A stretch of 64,000 nt of DNA from Phaeosaccion multiseriatum (Eukaryota > Protista > Ochrophyta, other classes): the NCBI GenBank assembly GCA_965112735.1, contig OZ218959.1:2976001-3040000 (forward strand), given 5' to 3'. The translations under genes were made by a program, and so were the position numbers. Positions 12,282 through 26,976 of the stretch are shown here, piece by piece. Positions within the stretch are counted from its first letter, which is position 1. Each line of letters starts with the position of its first letter. The notes beneath the pieces are model-generated. The model was not told the DNA's origin. It saw only the letters and a program-made list of their open reading frames with translations, and searched no databases.

Positions 12282-13919
12282 GCTGGGCCAGGGAGGGAGG
12301 GTGCTTGTTTTTGAAAGGCGAGGCGCCAACCACGCTGCGCAAGGGCCCCATCAATAGGCCCTTGTCGCCCCACAGGCGCGCGCCCGACCGACAGACAGAC
12401 AGGCAGACAGATGGGCAGAGTGGGGACCAGGTGCGGCGGGGGGGAGGGGGGCGCCACAGCTTGCACTTTGCATTGGCGACTGCAGAGAGGGGAGATTCGA
12501 CTTGCGTGGTTCCCAATGCTCTTGTCTGCGAGCGGCAGGACCCAAGGCTATGCTTACTACCACACCACACCACACCATCAGAGAAGTCTTTTGAGGCCAA
12601 ACAAGGCCTCGACGCCCTAAACATCGGACCGCTCTCAGACCGGTCCTCGTCATCGGAGCGCTGTCTCTCTCTCCTCCTCCACGAGGGAGCAAAGCAGAGC
12701 TGCGCTGGTCCCTTGGAGAGCGGTGGTCGTACCTCGCTCAGGAAGAGGGGGGGGGGGGGGGCGCCTCTCCGAGGTTGAAGGCTGTGGCCTCAGTTGCTGA
12801 GCTTGGGCTGCGGTGCGGTTGTTGTCGTCGTTGTCGACCCTCCCTGTGCTTCCCTCTGAGCTGTCTCACTTTGCCGGGTTATGGGAGGTGTGTGCTTTCA
12901 GCCGCAGGGGGGGCTCCAAGGCCACACACAGCCTACGATGGCCTGTGGTGGGAAAGGCGAGCCAAGGAGAGAGGGGGTGGTGTTGGCTGCCGTCCTCGTC
13001 CGGAGAAGAGACTGAGCGAGCAAGGTGGTGAGACACCGGGGGGCGTCGTTGCATGGGTCAAGGGTCAAGGGTAGCAGAGAGAGAGCAGTTTATGCGAGGG
13101 GCGGCAGCCGGCAGGGTGCCTCCATCTTTCGGGGGGCTTGCACCAAGTCCGACGAACTACAGCAGCATCTTCTTGAGTCAGTTTCAGTTTCAGTTTTAAT
13201 TAAGTAGTGCACCTTGACCTGGCGTGCTTTCTCTGGTTGCTGGCGCTCCTCACCGCCTCTCTGCTCGCAATCCCCACATCCAAACCAATGAAACTCTCTC
13301 TCTCTCTCTCTCTCCCTCTCTTTTTTTCTTCTTCTTTCGAGAGAGCCAGAGAGAAAGTGAGAGGGACGGCGGGACGGCCAGCCAGACCGGTGTCAGGACA
13401 CGCCTTGTGAGAGTGTCAATTTCTACGCACCCCCCTGGGATGAATCTTTTAATCCCAACGTTCGCCTCCGCCTCCATCACTTCCCCACTTTCACTTTGCT
13501 CATCAATCACTTCGCAAAAGCATTCATGCTTCCACTCAAGAGCGTTACCTCCCTCTCCCTGCTCGTGGCGGGGACCCTTCTCGGTGAGTAGCTTTGTTGC
13601 GTGTGGCATGTGGAAATGGCGGCATCGTTGAGGGCAACTTGGAGCTTTGCGCTGGCCTTTTTTGATAGGACAGAGCACCGCAGCGTTCAGTGTGGTCTGC
13701 AACATGAGCGCCGGGCAGAGGAAGCAACAGGCAGTGGCTCGGCGCTTCAGCCTTGTGCAGGCTGAGCGCCCTTGCAGGCTGAGCGCCCTTGTTGTTACTC
13801 CTTTAAGATATCCTAAACTCTTCCTTTTAGGTCTTGAGCTGGGAAAGAACAGTGCCCGCATACACAGCTCTGCACTGTAGTGGCTCGTTGATCTCAGTGT
13901 AGCACTTCATTTACTCCAG

Positions 13920-15240
13920 ATGGGCACGCAGCGGGAGATGATGAATCATCGCCTCCTGTTCGCGGCACTTTATTCAACCAACACGTGCAGTGGAACATGT
14001 GCAGCGGAAGAGGTTGAAGTGTGTTTACTTACCTTGTTCCTCTCCATCTCCCTCCCCCTTTCTCTCTCCAACACTGCTGCTCTGCTCTGCGCATCAACGC
14101 CTCCCCTTCTTAGGTCTGTCTCGCGCTTGTGAGACCGACGAGCAGTGTGTGGAGCTCGTCGCTGCCCAAAGGGCCATTGATGTGCGCAAGAGCATCATTT
14201 GCGATCCCTCGTGCTCTCCCTTGGGGGGCATGCACTGCAACTACGCCGGAGTGGATCAAGACTGCCGCGGCTGCTTCCTGAGTGACGTAAGAGGTTTCCC
14301 TAACCCCCTTGAGAAAGGCCCAGAGAGGAGGCCTCTCGACGCGAGAACTGAATGAAAAGAATGAGGCGGAGTGGGGCACGGCACAGAAGGACCTTCACCA
14401 CCTCTTCACCCAACGTGTAATAGCCCCCATCCCTCTCTTGTGCCCTTACGCCTTTGCCTTGCCCGTATCGTGCCGCATGCTCCCACCCCCCCCCAACAGG
14501 AGGACATGTTGGACTATGTCTCTGAATTCTCCATTGCCGAGGCGGAGTATGCGGATTACAACATCTGCCCCTCCATCGTTCCGGACATCACTCCGGCCCC
14601 CACGGCTCCACCCACTGCACCGCCCACGAAGCCTCCGACTAAGGCTCCGACGGCAGCGCCCACTGCGGCCCCCACGGCTCCACCCACTGCACCGCCCACG
14701 AAGCCTCCGACTAAGGCTCCGACGGCAGCGCCCACTGCGGCACCCACGGCGGCGTCCACGCCCGCTCCTCTCGCTCCTGACTCTTGTTGTGACGCCTGCC
14801 TGGACCTCACCCCCGAGCAGGAGGCCTACCAGACCGTCAAGCAGAAGCGGCTGTACTGTGACGTGGAAGCCTGCTCACCCGAGAGCGGAGGCGCCGGAGA
14901 CCACTGCAACATGTTCGGGCTTTGCCAGGACTGCAGGGGGTGCGTCTTCAGCTGTGAAGGCGCCAACATCTTCATGAAGGAGTTCCCCAACGACGACCTC
15001 GTGTGGTGAGTCAACGTCTCGTGTGTGGCTGTCCTTGCCCTCCCCTGCCTGCCTGTCGACCTGCCTGTCTGCCTGTCTGCCTGCCTGCCTGCCTGCCTGC
15101 TCCTTGCCTGCCTGCCTGCTTGCCTGCCTGCCTTCGTTCTGCTCACACCCAACCCCACCTCGCCCCTCCCTCTCCTCACACGTGCTCTCAGGTGCCCCGA
15201 CTCCTTGAGCCCCGAGGAACAGGCCGCGTGCTTCGCTTAA
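13920..15240 (+). CDS. Multi-exon Cys-rich protein with two Cys modules separated by a Pro/Thr/Ala (mucin-like) repeat; start uncertain
   Basis: Exons at about 14114-14287, 14500-15005 and 15192-15240 with GT/AG ends; modules CDPSC...HCNYAGVDQDCRGC and CDVEAC...HCNMFGLCQDCRGC. Confidence 0.6.
14594..14750 (+). repeat. 60-bp coding tandem repeat (APTAPPTAPPTKPPTKAPTA)
   Basis: Duplicated nucleotide block inside the ORF 14371-15009. Confidence 0.85.
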
Positions 15241-16033
15241 GCGGTGGCCCGGTCCGGCCCGGCTCCCCTGGGCAGTCTTCACCCCCCCCTTGACCCCCAA
15301 CGGACTCTATGAGGCCCTTCCATATCGAACGAGGACTTTTATCTTCTTCGCGAGAGCCGTGGGATCAGTCCAAGCGATAAGGGGCAAGACCAACTTTCTT
15401 TGTTCTTAATTCGAGCGGTGGATTCGCCACCGAAGTGTCATCTGTTTACGTGACACTACTTACATGACGAGTATGTGTATATGTTATTCCATGCAGGCCT
15501 GGAACAGCGTAGTTTTGTTGTTATTAACTACGTGCAAGGACTCTCCAAAAACAATCTGTGCAATTGAAAGCAAATTCCGCTGCGGGCCACCCTCGCCTGG
15601 GGAAAGAAGGTAGATTGAAAGGCGCGCTTTGGCTACACGCCCCATCATACGCCCCCTTTCATAGATGTAAACCTACCTATCCGGCAGGCATAGGCATGAG
15701 ATGAGAAAGTACCTTTGGAGGCCTCTGCAAAAAACTGAGGCCTCCGTTGATCGCTGAGAGGGGCGGAGGGCACCAGACAGCTGCTCGCCGCTACCCTTGG
15801 TGCAAAGTCACTCATACTCAAGCCAAGCCCCAGTGCGGACACTCGGAGCTGCGTCAGAAGTGGAGAAGGCGAAGGGCCGAGAGAGAAGGGCTCGGGTAGA
15901 TGGCAGGTGATGGGTGCTTTTATTTGTTGGCGCTATAATTTTGAAGCACACATTCCGCGAATTGGAAGACACCCACTAATAAGGAAAAAAAGGAGGCTAC
16001 TCGACAGCAGCAGTGCTCGGTTCCACTGCTGCC

Positions 16034-19000
16034 ATGAGGAGGGGGAGGACGTCTTTCCTTATGGCACTGCTGCTGGGCGGCAGCGGCTCTTTCCAGGTGC
16101 GTGCGATGCAAGGGCGGCGAGGCAGCGCTGAAGCACATCGAGTATGCAGCTCAACAAGCGCGCTCGCGCTCCTTGACTTTCTCCTCCGATCTCTTGTTTG
16201 CGGCGGTGGCCTTCGAGAGCTCCCGCCCCCGGCCCTCCCACCTCACTCATTCGCCTTCCTCTTTCTTCGCGGGCTGCTCTCGCTCCTGCAGGTCGCATCG
16301 ACGGATACTAAGGAACGACCTCAACGCCCTCGAGGAGAAGAAGACGATGGTGACAGTTGCTCTGTCCTCTGCCTGGCGCTAAACGCTGCCGAGCCTTGCT
16401 TCCTGGATCCCTCGTGTGCAAGAGTGCGAGGCGGTAAGAAATAGAGTGAAGACTCTGCCCCTTTGCCCATGCCCTTCATCCCGTCCAACATTGCCAAGCT
16501 AGCGCCACCATCTCCGCGTAGTCACTCGTACTATCTGACATACTCTACTGCTCCTCTCCGCCTACTGCACTGCAGGCCTAGGATGTAACGCCGCCGGGCT
16601 ATCACTGGACTGTAGATTCTGTGACTTCGGCATCTATGGCCCTTGCCCAGAAGATGATGACTCCTCTGCATCCTCTGCCTCATCGCTTTCTTCTCCCGCT
16701 TCGCCGACAACAAGCGCTCCAGGCACAGCAGGAGGAGGAATACGACGAGAGCACGAAAGTGACAGTTGCTCTGCCCTCTGCCTGGCGCTAAACGCTGCCG
16801 AAACGTGCTTCCTCGACCCCTCGTGCGCCAGGGGCGGTAAGAAGTAGAGCTGAGACGCTTGCCTTTGCCCCCTCCTCTCCAACGCTTGGCCTTCATGACC
16901 CAAAAGCCGACACTCACATTCTCTGCTCACCCTCTTCCCATACGTCATGATTGTCTCACCCACCCCGCCCTCTCCTGCTTCCCCCACCTCACCTCTGTCT
17001 ACATGCCTGCACACAGGTCTCGGTTGTAATGCTGCTGGCCTCGGATTGGAGTGCAGATTTTGTGGCTTCGGTGTGTTCGGTCCTTGTCCAATAGATTTGC
17101 CCTCAGCTCCGACTGCTGCACCGACAACTCAAGTATGTACATGTGTGTGAATAAAGGATGTGTGTATGTATGTACGATGTACGGTGCCCTCTGCCCTTCC
17201 CCTCACTCTCCACTGACCACTGCTTACGACTTACGACACCCACCATACTCCGATATACTCCCATCCACCTCTCTCCCTTCGTGGTCCTAATCGCCCCTCT
17301 CTGTGTCTCAGGCCCCGACCGCCGCCGCTCCGAGCCTTGCGCCGACAAGCGGTGGCCCCTCGAAGACGCCCACTGATCTACCGACCTCAGCTTCGACCGC
17401 TGCACTGGCTGAGGTATATACGTCACGCGCGCTACCCTCCGTTGCCCTTCCCTTCCCGCTCCTTCTCCTTCTCCTTTTCCTTCCGCCCCTTGCTTTGTCT
17501 GCCTTGCTTTGTCCTCTCCCGCACGATTCATGCTGAAACTCTGGATGTCGCACCCCCTCGTTCGTACACTCCACTCCTGCGCTTCACTTTCGCTGCCTTC
17601 GTATCCGGCATTCCCTCCCAGATGTCGTCATCCACATCCAACGACGGAAGCACCACCATGCCCGCGACAGCTTCTCCTTCATACACCTCCCGTGGTGAAG
17701 AGGGAGACGCCTGCATCGGAGATGCGAGTGGAAGTTCTGAATCAAGCTCCTGCGCCCGGGGCCTCTTTTGCATCAACGACACGTGTAGGCCATGCATCAA
17801 GGAGGGCGAAAGCTGCTACAGCACTGACTTCCTCACTCCAAACGGATGCTGCAGCGACGAGCCGATGGTCAGCTCCTCTTCCCTCGACGAGGGCCCACCC
17901 TACTGGTATTACACCCGTGGAGGTCTATGCATCAACGCCGCCCGACCATCCGTCACCAACTCGACGGAGGAGGAAGAGGCTATGTCTACCTTTGGTTATT
18001 GCGCCCCCTCTCGTGGTGTCGAAGGAGCCGAGTGTGAGGCCGATACATACTCCACCCACGGCTCGTGCGAGGATGACTTGTTCTGCATGAGTGGGGTGTG
18101 CGCCACGTGCGAGAGCGAGGAGGGAGGGGAGTGCCGAGGCTCCTTCTGGGCCATCAGCAATTGCTGTGGAGGTGGGTTTTGCACTTCCCATCCCCTCACC
18201 GGAGAAAGCTTTTCGGGCTCCTATGGAGCACCGGCCGTGGGCGCGTGCTCCTTTATTCGCGCCGCTGCTGGCGAGCAGTGTGAAGGCGATCAGGGATTCA
18301 ACACTTGCGAACAGCACGATGGAGCTGGGTTGGACTGTGTGGATGGCCTCTGCGTTCCCGCTGCTGCTGCCACCGCCGCCTCCACTAGGGCCCCAATCAC
18401 CTCGAGCTTGACTCCTGCAGCAGCACCAGGCGCACCATCCCCCTCGCCTTCAGCAGCTTCCGACGACTTTGGCACCCTACCCTTCACGGCTTTTACGGCG
18501 GCACCTTTGGCAGCAGCAACCTTTGCAACCTTTGATGACGGGCAGCAGCTGGGCGGCGGGACGCTGGGAGCTGCGTGCTCTGGTGCCTTCACCTACTCCA
18601 GCTGTGCCGACGACCTTTATTGCGTGGGCGGGGCGTGTAGTCCTCCGGGCGTGGTGGGTGCCCCCTGCGAGCTTGGTGGTCTCTTCTCCAATTCGTGTGA
18701 GCAAGATCTCCTATGTATCGAAGACACGTGCATCCAGTGTGTGGAGGAACAAGGTGGGTGTTGGACCACGGAATGGAGTCAGGGAGGTTCTTCCGAGTGC
18801 TGCGGCAGCGTCACTCGCTTTGGACAGGGCGGCTTCTGTCTCCCGAACCCAGAGTACTACGCCCAAGCGGAGAACCCCTTCGTGACTGCGCCGGGTCTGT
18901 GCACGTCGACACGTGGAAGAGAGGGCGAGGCTTGCGGAGGAGGGTTTGGCGGCGGCTCTAGCGACAGCTCCTGCGCAAGAGGCCTGGGATGTAGCGCAAA

Positions 19001-19052
19001 GGGCATCTGTGAGCCGTGCCTCCAAGACGGGGCCTTCTGCTCGAGCACTTCC

Positions 19053-19084
<32 letters not shown>

Positions 19085-19559
19085 CTCCTCCTCCTCCTCC
19101 TCCTCCTCCTCCTCCTCCTCCTCCTCCTCCTCCTCCTCCTCCTCCTCCTCCTCCTCCACCACCACCATCACCACCACCACCAACAACAACAACAACAGCA
19201 ACCAGTGCTGTGCGAGGAGTGGTAGTAGTAGTGCTCCGCCTACCACCACCACCACCACCTCCTCCTCCTCCTCCTCCTCCTCCTCCTCTGGGAGGATGGT
19301 TGAAGTGTGGGACTCGTCTCCCCGGGGGTACTGTATCAACACTTCCCGCCGCAGTAGAGCCAACGATCCGGGCTCTGTGGTCGGCGCGGTGAGCGATAGC
19401 GGTACGGTCGGTACTATCGGGGTATGCGAAGCTTCGAGAGGTCAGGACGAGGGTGTGGTTTGTGAAACCGATCAGTCGGGCGATGGCAGCTCATGCTCGA
19501 GTGAAGCGGGGCTCGAGTGCGTGGGTGGCGTCTGCGTGTCCACCTCCTCCTCGGGTTGA
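16034..19559 (+). CDS. Multi-exon secreted Cys-rich protein: two GLGCNAAG...CRFC modules plus many C-x(n)-C-x(n)-LxC-x(n)-C repeats
   Basis: Signal-like MRRGRTSFLMALLLGG; exons at about 16292-16433, 16576-16836, 17017-17132, 17312-17413 and 17622-19559 with canonical splice sites; Cys spacing repeats throughout the 740-aa ORF. Confidence 0.7.
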
Positions 19560-19607
19560 GAGTTCTCCACCTCCTCCTCGGGTTGAGAGTTCTCCACCTC
19601 CTCCTCG
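19539..19607. repeat. 27-bp tandem repeat (about 2.5 copies) that duplicates the stop codon region
   Basis: tccacctcctcctcgggttgagagttc at 19539, 19566 and 19593 (partial). Confidence 0.85.
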
Positions 19608-19984
19608 CATTGTTTTATGTAGTACTAAGTACATGAGGGGGGGGGGAAGGGGTGATTTTGTGTGTGTTATGTGCGTTGTGTGTGTTATATCGTGTTATGT
19701 CGTGTATTGTGTCGTTAAGCTTTGTGTTTACCTCCCCCTTTTTTCCTGGACGAAACAAGCCACCATGACGCCTATGAGTAGGAAAGACCCAAAAAAAAGG
19801 GAACAAAAGAAAAGAAAAAAAAAAAAAGAAAAAAAGGAACAAAAGTAAAGTTGTTGACATATGGGAAGTCAACGGGAAACTGAAATTTGTGGTCAGCGGG
19901 AAACTGAAATTGTGGTTTCGAGGATCTTTGATGCCCATGTTTTTTACAGCTTTTTTTTGTTTTTCTCTCTTGTTGTGGAAGGTG

Positions 19985-20430
19985 AAGAGTGTTAGCGCAC
20001 CACGAAAGGAGGATTATAGGATAATTGTAAGACTGTGCGGGAGGTCGACTGGGTCAAGTTCAGGGGTCATTGTCCTTTGATCTCCAAACAAAACTTGGGC
20101 AGCTTCCGATCGGAAGCCGTGTTCTCTTGATCTTCAGAGGCGTTTGGAGTGTGGAGAGTTAGAGCACCGCATCAGGAGGATTACAGGAGTGTCTTACAGC
20201 AGTGCAGGTGGTGGAGTGGGTCAAGTTGAGGGGTCGTTGCCGCCCTCTTTGATTCCCCAAACCTTTGGGGGCACTGACTGGTGGAAGTGCCCGATCCTCA
20301 GAGGCGTGACAGTCAGCTGTTCTGCTATAGAGGTTTAATCACCACCATAAGGAGGAGTATAGGAGTGTTTGAAGCGGTCGGAAAGTAGAGTGGGTCAAGT
20401 TGAGGGATTGTGGCCTCCCTTCTTGACGCC
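19985..20430. repeat. Degenerate ~170-bp tandem triplication with conserved boxes
   Basis: Boxes AGGAGGA(T/G)TA(T/C)AGGA and TGGGTCAAGTT(C/G)AGGG recur three times (the latter at about 20050, 20217, 20391); TTTGAT..CCAAAC and GATC(T/C)TCAGAGGCGT recur twice. Confidence 0.75.
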
Positions 20431-20466
20431 AGCACCTGTGAAGGAGGAAACGGCAGTTGGCGAACC

Positions 20467-22729
<2,263 letters not shown>

Positions 22730-23527
22730 GAGGGGGAGGGGGAGGGGGAGGAGGAGGAGGAAGAGGAGGGGGAGGAGGAGGACGAGGAGGACGAGGAGGA
22801 GGAAGAGGAGGAGGAGGAGGAGGAGGAGGAGGAGGAGGAGGAGGAGGAGGAGGAGGAGGAGGAGGAAAAGGAGGTGGGGGGGAAGGGGCAGGGGCAGTTG
22901 CGGATGCAACAGCAGCACATACAAAGAAACGTAGAGTACATACACAGAAAAGCAGAGTACCAGCAGTACATACACAAAAGTTATCATTAAGGTTATATTA
23001 TTATATTAGTGAAGTAGGTCAGTGGTGACGAAGGTCGTATGTGACGAAGAAAGGAAGTGAGTGTCGGGACAAAGTCTTCTCGCCCCTGGCTCTGGGTGAG
23101 GCGGGATAAGGATGCCTTCCTTCCTGCGACTAGTACGAAGGGTCAATTTTGTTTCAGTTTTGAGTGTATGTATTAGAACTTACATTATAGTATCGAATCC
23201 TCTGCTTCTGCGCCAACTGCACAACTGACTCAACTCGAGCGCTTCCAAGTCCGTCAAGCCCCCCCCCCCGTGCCGTCATCTGAAGTCTAAAGAGGAGAAA
23301 AGAGCCCTTTTCCCTTCATTCAAAGTGAGGGGGTCAAGGGCAGGGAGGCGTGTGGGAGGTGTGGTGGGTGGGTGGGTAGATAGGTAGGTAGGTAGGTAGG
23401 TAGGTAAGGAGGAAGGAAGGAAGGAGGGAGGCAGGTGGATAGGTGGGTGGCCGGGCAACCCTCCACGCCTCAACATCGAACAACATCGAGAATCGAGAAT
23501 CGATTTATCGATTTATCGATGTCCTCT

Positions 23528-26500
23528 CTACTTGTACCCGTCGTACTCCTCCTTCACAAGGGCGTCCAGCAACGCCGCATACGGTACCTCCTCGTGCGTT
23601 CCTCCCACCGCCCTGCTCGCGGTCACCACCCTCTGTCCACAGAGGTCCCTGGAACCCAACTCAGCCAGCACCCTCTCCATGTCCGCCCTAGTCACCACCC
23701 CCTTTCCCCGAGCGTCGTACTCCTGCAGCGCTTGTCTGAGCTGGTCCGCTGCTCCGGGCTCGCTGCTGCTGCTTCCGAACCGGTCTCGGAAGGTTCCGAT
23801 GACAAGGTTCGCGTCGCTGTTGGGGAAGGCGTCGGGGCGAGCCTCCATGATGTCGTGGGTGGGCCCATCTGCCTCCATCATGATGAACCTGATGGGTGTG
23901 TGACGGTGTGATGATGGTGTAGTTGTGTTGGTGTGGTGTTGATATCGTGGTAGTGTGGTGGTGGTAGCGTGGTGGTGTGGTGGTGATGTCGTGGTGGTGT
24001 GGTGGTGGTGGTGGCGTAGTGGCGTCGTGGTGGTGTGGTGGTGTGACGTTGTGGTATGGTCCGTCAAATAGGAGGAGGAGATGACGAGAGAAGAAAACAA
24101 TGGGTGAGGATGACAGGGGGGGTGGAACACAAAGCCATCCTCCGTCGGCTTGCCCATGTTATTCCTCCCCCTTCTTCTTCCTTCACTTTGCATGCATGCG
24201 TGTGTGCATGCTCATATGCATACGTGTATGCGCGCGTGCGTGCGTGCACGCGTTAAGCTTGCATACCTGTGACCGTTAATGACAACGGTTGTGCCGAGGT
24301 AAAAGTTGTTCATGGTCATCACCACATCGTCGGCCCCCTCGCTCTTGTCCTTGACCTTCATGCGACTGAGGAAAGTTCCTCCCATGATGCCGCTGTTGCG
24401 TCGAGGAGGCTCGCGAATGGACACAGTACTGTCACTGCCGTAGTACGTGATGATAAATTCACGATCAACGTCCTCGGGGGCCGTAGAGTCCAGCACTGCC
24501 ATGAAGCTGAGGGAGGGAGGGACGGAGGAGGGTTGGAGGGAGGGAAGGAGGGTGGGAGGGAGGAGGGTGGGAGGGAGGGAGAGTGGGAGGGAGGGGGGGA
24601 GGGAGGGAGGGAGGGAGGGAGGGAGGGAGGGAGGGAGGGTGGGAGGGAGGGAAGGAGGGTGGGAGGGAGGGAGGGAGGGAGGGAGGGAGGGAGGGAGGGA
24701 GGGAGGGAGGGAGGGAGGGAGGGAGGGAGGGAGGGAGGGAGGGAGGGAGGGAGGGAGGGAGGGAGGGAGGGGGGGAGGGAGGGGGGGAGGGAGGGAGAGA
24801 GAGATTGGAAAGAGGGAGCGAGAGGGCGACAGAGAGTGGGCGCGAGAGTGCGAGAGGGTTGGAGGGAGAGAAGTGGGTATGCGTATGGTTAGTAGCGGTC
24901 CGGGCTCATGACTCAAGCACCAGGAGCCGCCCTCTCTCGCCCTCTCCCCTCTATTCAGTGCCCTCAAGTAAGCGCAGCATGTCAAAAGACCTACCGCAAA
25001 CTCACAAACAACACACATCCACACACACACAGTCTCATACAGTCACACACACACACACACGAGCACACACACACTCACGCACACACGCACACACGCACAC
25101 ACGCACACACGCACACGCACACACGCACACACGCACATACCGGAGCACGATGTCCTGTCCTCGCTTCTTCCTCGGTGGGCTGGGCATGAGGCTCCCCGTA
25201 CAGCTCAGGAGGGAGTCCTCTTCACTACCGAAGCCTGTGTGCGGTGGAATGACCCTCTCTCTGAGCTGCTGCTCCTCCTCCTCAGTGCCCAGGGGTTCGG
25301 CGAGGGGGACTCCGTGCTCCATGTAGTACTCACGGGTGTAGGCGTCGGCATCTGTGAGCACTAGACATCGCTTGTACACCATCACCTCCCTGAAGAGGGG
25401 GATGGCAGTGGAGGGGAGGGGAGGGGAGGGGAGGGGAGGGGTGAGTGGCGAGAGGAGAGGATGCACGAATACCCCATATGAAGCGGTAAAAGAGCAACGC
25501 ACGCGAAGTGCTGGCTTGACTTGGCTTGGGGCGAGGCGTGAGGTGCGTTGAGTAAGGTGGGACAGAGCAGAGTAAAGGGGCTTCTTGAAAGTTTCGCTCC
25601 TCCTGCCGTCCGTCCTCCCTCCCTCCCCTCCCCCTCTTCTCCCTTTCTCCCTTTTCCTTCCTTGTGCCGAAAACACAGCAGCACTACGCCCCCACCTCCA
25701 TGAAATCAATCAATCCACCAATCCACATTCCCCCTTCCCATGCTCACACCACCCTCCTCTTCACTCCACCCACCTTCACCTTCACTGACATACTCAATAC
25801 CCGTTCCCTACTTACTCACTTACCCCCCAATCACGAGGTCCCTCCACGTGTAATTGCCCAAGGCGGGGTTCTGCATATCTTTGGGGATGACTCCGCGCTT
25901 CAGCACCAGGGGGAAGGGGTCACGCCCGCAGTTCGGGGAGTAATTCGCCAGTACCTACTCGTTTGTTAGTGAAGTTTGTTTTGTTAGTACAGCAGCAAAA
26001 GAGAGAAAAGAAGGGAAGGAAGGAGGGAGGGAGGGAGGGAAGGAGGGAAGGAGGGGAAGGCAGTAGGCATTGAGGTGCAGCAGTAGACAGGGCAGAGTGG
26101 GGAGAGTGAATTATAAATATTAGAGAGGAGCGAGGCTGCCAGCTCCACTCCCTGGCGCTATACATAACATACACATATACCTACACCCACACCCACACCC
26201 ACACACACACACCCACACCCACACACACACACCTCAAGCGTGTCATCAGCGAGGAAGTAGTGAAGACGGAAGCTCTGCACATCGCCATAGAGGGAGTCTC
26301 TGTCGTCCCACTGAGCATCAAAGCGGAGCACACTGCGGTCGTGTCGAAGGAAACCCTCTCTCTTGCTGTTGTCCACGGTACGCCCCAGGGTGGCCTCAGC
26401 GAAGTTCTGTTAGTGATGGTGTAGTGTAGTGTGTAGTGTGGTGCAGGTCAAGGCAGTGGATGGTAGTTGAAGGGTTTGGTTAAGGGGGGGGGGGGTCGGG

Positions 26501-26874
26501 GTGGGGGGAGGGGGAAAGGGGGAGGGTAGCGGGAGGGGAGAGAGGGGAGAGAGGGGAGGATGGGGGGAGGGAAGTTGGGAGGGAAAGGGACGGGCAGAGG
26601 CACACACACACACGGGGTCACATTCCACTGCCATCCTCCTGACCTTCATGTCGTTCTTCTTAATTTTGTGATCCACATTTGGGTCTCCTCCCGTGCTCCG
26701 GGCCATGAAGGCGGCTCGAGATTCATTGTACTGATCCGCAGGGAAGGGCATGGCACAGGGAACCTGACACCGGGTATAAAGGGGGGGGGGGGCAGAAGGG
26801 AGAGGGAGGGGGAGAGAGGGAGCGACAGGTAGAGGATGTAAGAGAGAGAGAGAGAGAGAGTTGAGAGAGAGAGA

Positions 26875-26923
<49 letters not shown>

Positions 26924-26944
26924 TTGAGAGAGAGAGAGCGAGTT

Positions 26945-26976
<32 letters not shown>

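Noticed and set aside
12278-13880. Several 100-240 aa ORFs between genes
   Set aside because: No recognisable motifs or consistent exon chain; open frames are expected at this GC content
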